Below, piece after piece: positions 8,302 to 15,900 of a stretch of 24,133 bases of DNA. The stretch comes from Candidatus Nanohalobium sp. Its GTDB lineage: Archaea; Nanohalarchaeota; Nanosalinia; Nanosalinales; Nanosalinaceae. A model generated the notes under the pieces. It saw only the letters and a list, made by a program, of their open reading frames with translations. It was not told the origin of the DNA and ran no database searches. Position numbers and translations under genes: made by a program. Numbering within the stretch: the stretch's first letter is position 1; each line of letters begins with the position of its first letter. The stretch lies in assembly GCA_042217545.1 (NCBI GenBank), contig JBDGSM010000007.1, forward strand, positions 1-24,133, read 5' to 3'.

Positions 8302-8835
8302 ATGTTTGAATCGAACCGTTACCAGGTCCGGGAGAAAACCCTGTCAAAGGGCGATCAGCACAAGGTCTACGAGGAAGACGATCTTATTCTCTACTCCAGG
8401 ATCGAGGACAAGGATCTCCGGGAGGACGTGGTCTTCGTGGACCAGGACGACAATACCCGGCTTGTAGTCACGACCAATCCTAAGCTTGATGTCCCGGTTT
8501 CCTACAGCATAATAGATAGTGAAAAAGACGAAGTTGTTGGAGGCCTCAGAAGAGAATGGGGATCTCTAAGACATCGCTGGAAACTGATAGCAGGCGACAA
8601 CAGCATAGTTGGAACGATAAAGGAGGACCATCTCTCGCTCTCACTCATCAGAAGGTTCATAACAACCGTCCTGCCCTTCAGATACGACATGGTAGATGAA
8701 GACGGCGAACACCTGGCGGACATCGATGGAGAGTTCAACATGAGAGATGTCTACAACGTTAACATCCACAGCGACCTGGATCCCCGGCTAGTGCTTGCTG
8801 CAGCGCTCGTAATGGACTTCATCGAGACGAAATAG
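8302..8835 (+). CDS. LURP-one / scramblase (Tubby C-like) family protein
   Basis: YQVREKTLS...Y.I.D..GE..A.IDG.F..RDVY beta-barrel pattern and C-terminal DPRLVLAAALVMD helix. Confidence 0.8.
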   Translation: MFESNRYQVREKTLSKGDQHKVYEEDDLILYSRIEDKDLREDVVFVDQDDNTRLVVTTNPKLDVPVSYSIIDSEKDEVVGGLRREWGSLRHRWKLIAGDNSIVGTIKEDHLSLSLIRRFITTVLPFRYDMVDEDGEHLADIDGEFNMRDVYNVNIHSDLDPRLVLAAALVMDFIETK

Positions 8836-9967
8836 CCGCAGCCAACTTCTCGCGCGTCAAGATCTCCAGATCACTTGAAGAAGCAGTATCAGACCTCGAC
8901 ATACCGGCAACGTAGTCTACATCGTATTCTTCAGCCATCGAGACAAGATCACTATCAACCTCGCCATCCAGAACCACTGCAAAGGCCTCACCCTGCGACT
9001 TGCGCAAAGCCTCCTCCACTCTATCCAGTGGCGCCTTCTCAATCACTTTAAGATCCTCATCCAGTACGTTCACAGCCCTGGTCGCAACAAGGCCTTCCAG
9101 CGCCTCAAGTATACCGGATCTCAACTTTTCATCGACCTCTTCATCAACTTCGGTCGAGTTAGCGTACTTTACAGGCCTTTTATCCCTGAGAGCCTCGTGA
9201 GCCTCCTGCTTGGACAGTTCCTCTACCTCCTTCCCTTCAGGAGCTCTCGCCACGTAACGGGGCTCGGCTTTCTCCTTCAGCTCCTCCAGGATAAGATCGC
9301 CGCCCCTGTCGCCGTCCAGGAACGCGGTAATATCCTTATCCTCCGCTATCTTCGAGATGCCCTCGGGAACGTCCGTGCCATCGATCGCCACAGCGTTCTT
9401 CAAACCATGCTTCAGCAGGTTAACCACATCGGCCTTACCCTCCACCAGAACGACCTCATCCTCGCGTTCGGCGTCAGGCCCGGCAGTGAAACCCCGGAAA
9501 TCAGATACCTGGTTCTCACGGACCTCCTCCTTTATCTCATCCTCAAGCTCCGCCTTCGAAGGCGTCTCCTGCTCGATATCATCCAGTAACTGTTTCGCAC
9601 GCTTCACAATATAGTCTCTCTTCGACGTACGGTCATCCCTGATTCTCTCAACAGTCAGATCAGCGTTCGTAGGCCCGACACGCTCTATCGTCTCCAGAGA
9701 AGCACCAAGCAACGCGGTATCGGTCGCATCAAGAGAAGTAGGAAGCTCAATAGTAGCCTCGGTCTTACCATCCTTCCTCTGAATCTCAACATCCATACGG
9801 CCGACCTTCCCGGTCTCCTTCAACTCACGAAGGTCCAGCTCCTCGCCGAGAAGGCCCTGAGTCTGTCCGAATATCGCACCGACGATATCCGACTTCTCGA
9901 TCACTCCGCCTGCCTCAAGACTTGCCTCTATAACATAACTTACCTGATCCTGTGCCACCTTACCCAT
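8819..9967 (-). CDS. dnaG: Archaeal DnaG-type primase (exosome-associated)
   Basis: GVIEKSDIVGAIFGQTQGLLGEELDLREL..GKVGR; TOPRIM VEGKADV and FLDGDRGGDLIL; GKEVEEL. Confidence 0.95.
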   Translation of the reverse strand: MGKVAQDQVSYVIEASLEAGGVIEKSDIVGAIFGQTQGLLGEELDLRELKETGKVGRMDVEIQRKDGKTEATIELPTSLDATDTALLGASLETIERVGPTNADLTVERIRDDRTSKRDYIVKRAKQLLDDIEQETPSKAELEDEIKEEVRENQVSDFRGFTAGPDAEREDEVVLVEGKADVVNLLKHGLKNAVAIDGTDVPEGISKIAEDKDITAFLDGDRGGDLILEELKEKAEPRYVARAPEGKEVEELSKQEAHEALRDKRPVKYANSTEVDEEVDEKLRSGILEALEGLVATRAVNVLDEDLKVIEKAPLDRVEEALRKSQGEAFAVVLDGEVDSDLVSMAEEYDVDYVAGMSRSDTASSSDLEILTREKLAAAISSR

Positions 9968-10211
9968 CGTAATTTTTCAACCTCTTTTCGAACTCCTGTT
10001 TATCCATATCCAGTTTCAGCTTTTTACGTCTGGACCTGTGCCCCGAAATGATGGCAGGCCTCTCTCCGGTGATCTCCTCCACACGCCGAACAAGCTCCGA
10101 ATTAGCCCTGCCCCGCGAGGCCTCCGACTCCAGGAAGAACAGCGGAAAATCCCCTAACTCCACAGAGAACTCCTCGCATTCAGGCCTCACCTTGACGTAT
10201 ACCTCGCCCAC
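9960..10211 (-). CDS. DUF167 / UPF0235 (YggU-like) protein
   Basis: VKVRP...GRANSELV...IISGHRSRRK. GTG 10211 is preceded by GGAGGTG (10220-10226); the stop overlaps the dnaG start. Confidence 0.85.
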   Translation of the reverse strand: MGEVYVKVRPECEEFSVELGDFPLFFLESEASRGRANSELVRRVEEITGERPAIISGHRSRRKKLKLDMDKQEFEKRLKNYDG

Positions 10212-10243
10212 TGGAAAAACACCTCCTAAGTGAAAAACAGGGA

Positions 10244-10319
10244 TTTGGCTGCCCGGTAACACACGCAATCATTCCGGGTCCCTTTTCCGGTCATCCGTGC
10301 TGACCAAAGGGCAGCCAAA
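10244..10319 (-). ncRNA. Candidate structured ncRNA or 5' leader (three-way junction)
   Basis: Closing stem UUUGGCUG/CAGCCAAA, two inner hairpins with complementary loops, upstream TATA-like box (10351-10360) and downstream T-tract. Confidence 0.5.
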
Positions 10320-10366
10320 AAATACTAGCCCATATACTCCTTTGACGGGTTAAACTTATACCGGTT

Positions 10367-11026
10367 TCACTGGAAGAAGATCCCTTCCTCTAGGTCCGGT
10401 TCGAAGTGGGCCTGGCGTGTCTTGGTCTGGGTCGGCTCCTCACCGTGATACTTCCTTACGTACCTGACGTACTCCATCATCTTCTCTCGAGCGTACTCGC
10501 CGTCGTACTCTATCATCTCCTTACCGATATACTTCATGAAAGCCCATCTGAAGAACCTGTTCAGAGGCCTCGCCACAAGTCTTGGAAGGAAGTCGATTCC
10601 CTGAGGCATATCATACTTCATCTCAACTCTTGACCAGTACTCCACCAGGCAGAAATTATTCTCCCCTGACGGAGCGGACTTGGTCCTGATCCTTGGCTTG
10701 ATCCTGTAACTGCCCCGGCCACTCGGCAGAGGCATCTCACAGAGCATTGTCGACTCGAACTGATTGCTGTCAACGTTCTGGTAGTAGTACTTCTCGAAAG
10801 GCCTTGTCATATTCATGTTCTCCTTCATAAGGTACTTGTGCTCCTCGTAGATAGTCGGAACATTCGGCGACTCGTACCAGTCCAGGCGGTTCACTAGCTC
10901 CACCCATCCACCGTCAAAGATATGGATGTCGCTCCAGATATTGTCGTCCTCGTCTTCATCCGGTTCAGGCGTCCTGAACCAGTACGCAACTTTTTCCACA
11001 AAATCTTCGTCATCGTGGTCGCTCAC
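10367..11026 (-). CDS. Hypothetical protein, paralogue 3 of a tandem family
   Basis: 219 aa, GTG start with GAGGTGA SD; shares EKYY.VD and the C-terminal helical pattern with its neighbours. Confidence 0.8.
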   Translation of the reverse strand: MSDHDDEDFVEKVAYWFRTPEPDEDEDDNIWSDIHIFDGGWVELVNRLDWYESPNVPTIYEEHKYLMKENMNMTRPFEKYYYQNVDSNQFESTMLCEMPLPSGRGSYRIKPRIRTKSAPSGENNFCLVEYWSRVEMKYDMPQGIDFLPRLVARPLNRFFRWAFMKYIGKEMIEYDGEYAREKMMEYVRYVRKYHGEEPTQTKTRQAHFEPDLEEGIFFQ

Positions 11027-11040
11027 CTGTATTTTTCACC

Positions 11041-11658
11041 TCAGCCCCACGGAGCGTCGTAATGAGACGCTCCTGTCCTTCCAATAGACTCCTGAACTCC
11101 AAACTTTTGACGCATCAAGTTATGAATCCTCAACACAGTTTCCTCCGCTTCCTCCTCATACCTCTCAATCTCCTTCGAGTAAAACTTGTTATGCCAGATC
11201 CCTACAAGTATTCTATAAAGCTTGGAACGCTGAAAACGGGTCTTCTCCTCAGCAGTGGGCGCACCCGGCATCCTCTCCTGCTCCAGGTAAGAAGGACCAC
11301 GAGGCGTCCAGGAGGCAGGATTCCAGCCAGGATAAACCGAAATAACATCCGCCGAGACCTGTACACGGGCCTTCAAGATATCCTGAGTCCTCTCCTGCTT
11401 GTAAATATCTTTAGGCGGTTTCGCCTTGAACGAAAGATTGTAATGGATCACAGTATGAGGAGACTTCTCCTTGAAAGCATGCATACGGACACGGTCCTTG
11501 GGCTTTGAAACATTGAACTCCATCTTCCCTTCCTCAATCCTGTCCATATCGAACTCGTCCACAAGAAGGTCCTTGAGGCCTCTGTAAATCCTGGCCGGAT
11601 CCTCATCCACGAAGAAGTGGTCTGCCTTCTTGATAACATCTTCCTCGAACTTAACCAT
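11041..11658 (-). CDS. Hypothetical protein, paralogue 2 of a tandem family
   Basis: 205 aa; Y..LKDLL, YP, and Q.S.LY...FY....E.YE...EE shared with 11789-12235. Confidence 0.82.
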   Translation of the reverse strand: MVKFEEDVIKKADHFFVDEDPARIYRGLKDLLVDEFDMDRIEEGKMEFNVSKPKDRVRMHAFKEKSPHTVIHYNLSFKAKPPKDIYKQERTQDILKARVQVSADVISVYPGWNPASWTPRGPSYLEQERMPGAPTAEEKTRFQRSKLYRILVGIWHNKFYSKEIERYEEEAEETVLRIHNLMRQKFGVQESIGRTGASHYDAPWG

Positions 11659-11660
11659 GC

Positions 11661-11806
11661 TCAGGCCTCCAGTGTCTCACCAATCCCACTGCCAGACGAA
11701 GCATTCGAAGCTCGATAGAGCTTCTGCATGTCCAGAAAATCTCTTAGAGATTTTCGAGCAGTTGGACAGTTCTCGTTTTCCATGATTTTCAGGCCTCCAG
11801 TGTCTC
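11661..11806. mobile_element. 110-bp hairpin-rich insert (11679-11788) flanked by an 18-bp direct repeat; MITE-like; holds a 40-aa ORF at 11661-11783(-)
   Basis: TCAGGCCTCCAGTGTCTC at 11661-11678 and 11789-11806; perfect hairpins at 11707-11724 and 11735-11755. Mobility is inferred. Confidence 0.6.
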
Positions 11807-12235
11807 CCTCAACCTGTTGACTAACGTGTCCATTTTTTCCTCTACCGCAGGTTCATAGCCTTCGCGGACGCTGCCGTACAGGAACTTGTCATAAAGCGAT
11901 CTGTAGGCGTAGTACCAGAGGCTTTCCTGCCAGAATCTTTCATCCGGGTACTCTGTCACAAGCTTGCCATTAACCTGGATATCGACTTCTCCCGTGGCCT
12001 TGTTGATCTTGAAGAAGATCTCCAGCTCCTCCGCCGTCTCACCATCAAGCCCTTCCTCAGTCTCTATCTTCACTCTTATCATGTCGCCGTCGACGTCGTT
12101 GTAGTACTTCTCCTCGTGGACGTGGTCGAACGTCATCCTGTTCTCCAGGAGGTCCTTGATCTCGCTGTAGGCCTCCTTCGGATATTCGACCTCCACAGTA
12201 AGTCTGCGACGCTCGACTTCCTCGACGATATTCAT
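11789..12235 (-). CDS. Hypothetical protein, paralogue 1 of a tandem family
   Basis: 148 acidic aa; YSEIKDLL..EEKYYNDVD..TEYP..WQESLWY..LYDKFLY. Confidence 0.82.
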   Translation of the reverse strand: MNIVEEVERRRLTVEVEYPKEAYSEIKDLLENRMTFDHVHEEKYYNDVDGDMIRVKIETEEGLDGETAEELEIFFKINKATGEVDIQVNGKLVTEYPDERFWQESLWYYAYRSLYDKFLYGSVREGYEPAVEEKMDTLVNRLRETLEA

Positions 12236-12310
12236 ACAAGTCTAGTTTTGGAGGCCTCCGTAAAAAAGCCCTTCGGTGCAGAAGAAAAAATCAGGGGAAA
12301 AACAAGGCTC

Positions 12311-12841
12311 TCAACGGCATTCAGGACAGACCCACATGCCGTTGACCTGTTCCAGGTCCTCCGAGAAGTTCTCACAGGATTCACAGTTGCCGTTCCGGGA
12401 TTCAGGTCTAGGAGACGCCTCGGCCTCCATCTCCTCCTCTTCCTCCATGATCTCTGCGAAACCAGGCCATGCACGGAGGATATCGGACTGAGTTACAATA
12501 CCGACAAGCATATCATCTCTCACCACCGGAACACGGGAGACATCGTTCCTGACCATCGCCATAGCAACCTCATCAAGGTACTCGTCCTCTTCAGCGACAA
12601 TAAGGTCAGTACTCATTATGTCCTCGACAGCCACTTCGGAAGGATCCTTCCCGTCTTTCGTAACCTTGTAGACGATATCACGGCAGACAACAACACCCAC
12701 TGCCTCACCGTCATCAACGACGATCAGGCCTCGAATGCCTTCATCTTCAAGTAATGCTGCAGCTCTCGTAACCGGTTTATCCTGCTCAACGGCGATCACA
12801 CCATCTGTCATGACTTCTGCAATCTCAACGTTCTGGCTCAT
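12311..12841 (-). CDS. CBS-pair protein with C-terminal zinc finger
   Basis: Two CBS repeats (EVMT..GLIVVD..VGVV; DIMS..RVPVV..LVGIVTQSDIL) followed by CESC...VCPEC. Confidence 0.9.
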   Translation of the reverse strand: MSQNVEIAEVMTDGVIAVEQDKPVTRAAALLEDEGIRGLIVVDDGEAVGVVVCRDIVYKVTKDGKDPSEVAVEDIMSTDLIVAEEDEYLDEVAMAMVRNDVSRVPVVRDDMLVGIVTQSDILRAWPGFAEIMEEEEEMEAEASPRPESRNGNCESCENFSEDLEQVNGMWVCPECR

Positions 12842-12912
12842 ATTTACAGGGAAGAGGCCTCGAAACTAATTAACCTTACGCTCTCGACGGGAAAAACGGG
12901 TTGAAAAAAGTT

Positions 12913-15900
12913 TTACCCTGCGAACTGTCCAAGGCCTGTCTGGCGCTGATCCTTGCCGAACAGGCTCTGCAGGGTCTTGTTCAGCATCAGCACCTGCTGG
13001 CGCAGATACGGCGTAATCTCATACTCATTGATGATCTCCTTCGACGGCTGCATATACTTCTTGATAGTTCCCTCAGAAATCGTCAGCAGCACCTTGCCCC
13101 CGCACTCCGGACATTCCGCGGTCTCCTTGCCTGAAGGCGCGATCGTCTGCTGTGTCATCGGAACACGCCTGAACTTCTCGTTACAGTCAACACAACGCAT
13201 CTCCTGGCTGGAAAAGCTTCTCAGGTTACCTCTGATATCCGGAAGGAAGTGCTTCTGTAGCAGGAGCTCCGCGACCTTGTCCTCATCCACCGCTTTCAAT
13301 TTCTCACCAAGGCCTAACTGCGCAGAGGTCTTCTCACTCATCTCATCCAGCGTAACGTACTCCGACTGATTAGGCCCGTTCTCAACACTGGTCGATTCAT
13401 GAGTGAAACCATGCCTGTACGGCTCATCACTGTGAACGATGTCCTCGCCGATCTGGATCTCGTTGTCCAGGTTCCACGGCTTCTTGTACTCCTGCGTCTC
13501 CTCGTAGAAACCGAGAGGATATTCATCCACCGTTTCGATAGCCCAGGCCTCATCATCGATCTCGTCAGCGTTCAAAACAGTTGAAAGGATCAGAGGAGCG
13601 TCCATCGTGTTGTGAGCGAATACAGGATGCGGGCCGCAGAGGAAGTTCTGGTTCCCCGGCACTTCCAGATCATACACGTAGTCATCGCCGTAATCCCTCT
13701 TCTCCACCTCTTTAACACGTTCAACAGATATATCTCCCCTAACCGGCTTCTCCAGCGAGTCAAGGCCTTTACCGTAAAGTTCCTCTACTCTCTGTTTGGA
13801 GGCAGTTTTCATCCTGTCGTTCTTCCTGTCATTGGAGAAAGACTGCTTTATCTCCTTGTAGTCGGCGCCGTCGGCTCTCAGAGCTTCTCTTCCTTCATCC
13901 AGCACGTTCCATAGAGGCCAGTAAGGATCCTTGTCAGTCCATTCCGAGTAGAGGACCTCCCAGGTCTCGCCCGCCTTCCGGGTTGAAGACTTGAAGCCCA
14001 GTTTCCTGACAAGTAGAGAGAGCTGTGTGGCCATCTCTCCACTCTTGGTGTAGAGCTTGGAGAAACCTTTCTCCTCGTAGATAGAGCCGTCTCCAGCCCG
14101 GTAGGCCTGTACGAACTCCTCTACTTTCTCTTCTTCGGCGCCGAACACGAACGAAGGAATGCTTTTTTCGTCGAACTTCTCCCTTTCAAGACCTAGCTCT
14201 TCCAGCGCCCGCATCAGGACCGCAGGAGTATCGACCCAGTAGCACTTCTTTTTTCCTTCTCTGTCGTCTATATGAGTTCTCGGCTCCACACCTGTCAGCT
14301 CACGTATGCAGTGCTCGACGTCTTCTATCACATCTTCATCTGTATTTGTTATCCTTCCCCTGTCCAGGTCGCCCTCTGAAAGCAGGTAGCCCAGCAGGCG
14401 GTAAAGCTCGGCCGAGTTCTCGATGAACCGGTCTACTGGATCTGTATTAGCTCTCAGCCTTACCTTGCAGGAAGGTACGACTCCCACATCCTTGTAGAAC
14501 TCCAGAGGTGCGTCCCTTCTACCTGTCCTGTACCTGTAGATATTGTGTTCTCCGTACTCCTCTTTCACTTCCTCTCCTGCCTCGGCCTTGATCTCCGACT
14601 CCAGTTCCTCGAGCTCTTCCTCAGGAACCTTCACGTAGCATTCATCGTCCGGCAGCAACTCGAAGAGATCGATCTCATCCTCAAGGCCTTCAGCCTCCAG
14701 CTCAGGGTTCGAAGGAACCACTATACAGTCTCCTTCCTCAAGCTCCCTGACAGGCCTTGCCTCTATCTCATCTCCTTCAGTAACGAAAACACTGTGATCG
14801 CCGGTTACAGAGATCTCTCCACGGGAAGTACTGACCTCGAACACTTCCTTATCGTTCTCGTGCCTAATCAGAGCGGAGACATCCCTGAACTCGACGTCGC
14901 CCGAATCTTTATCAAACGAGACAGCCTTGATATCTTCATCAAAGCTTCTATTTACCTCAAACCCATCTTCACGCGTTTCAAAGCCTTCTTCCTCCAGCAC
15001 TTCGTCTATAAGCTCATCCGCTCTCGGAGCCTTGATCTCTCCGTTCCTCTTGACAACAAGCCTCGTATCCCTCGTAATACTCCTCGCTCCCGTCATGTCC
15101 GGGAGATACTTCCTTGAGAAGTTCAGTAATCCGTCCATCATCAAAAGGATAGCGTCCTCGTCGCCGTCAGCGTTCCTCCTCTTCGCTGCATGCCAGTAAG
15201 GATGAGCGTAGATGCCTTTGGCGTCCGTGAAACCTATTATACGGCCCACGGTTCCTCCGGACGTGTGAGGTGCCAGACCTATCACAAGGGAGCCGACAAG
15301 ATCCTGTTTCTCCTCGACATCGTAGTAAGAATCAAGGCCGTAGAACTCCTCCAGCAGCTCATCGACGTAGTTCGCAACTCTCACGAAGTAATCGGAGGCC
15401 TTCAACGTGTTCTCGCCATCAGGTATGACCAGATCCTGAGGCTTCAGCTCCAGAACCTGATCCTCGTTCTCTAGTTCTTCTCCGTTCACGTCCTGTTTGT
15501 AGCCGATCTCCCGCAGCTTCTCGACGGATACATTGATCTCTTTCGGCTTGAAATGGGTCATAGGAATGTCCGAGGCATCGTATCTTACTGTGCCGTCCTT
15601 GTTCGCGTATAGATCGTATTTCTCACGTAGAAGGCCTTTCTCGATAGGTTCCACATGCTTGTGCTTCGATGTCATCCCTCTGAAGGATTTCAGGAGTTCT
15701 GGAGGCTCTCTCATGCCAAGGTTCTCCAGGGCGTCGTCCATCATCTTCCTGACATCGATATCGGTCTCCCTGTACCTGTTCAGCCAGGTACCGCCGCAGT
15801 TACCGCATTTATCCTTTTCCTCCGTGTATTCCTTGCCGCAGTCGCTGCAGACCCAGACAGCTTCCGCAGGAGCGTCGCATTCACGGCAGAAGCTGTAATG

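Noticed and set aside
10212..10268. Longer DUF167 start at 10268
   Set aside because: Runs through the structured element; a strong SD supports GTG 10211.
10244..10319. tRNA, 5S rRNA, hammerhead or a known riboswitch
   Set aside because: No T-loop or cloverleaf, too short for 5S, lacks CUGAUGA and purine/fluoride/TPP consensus nucleotides.
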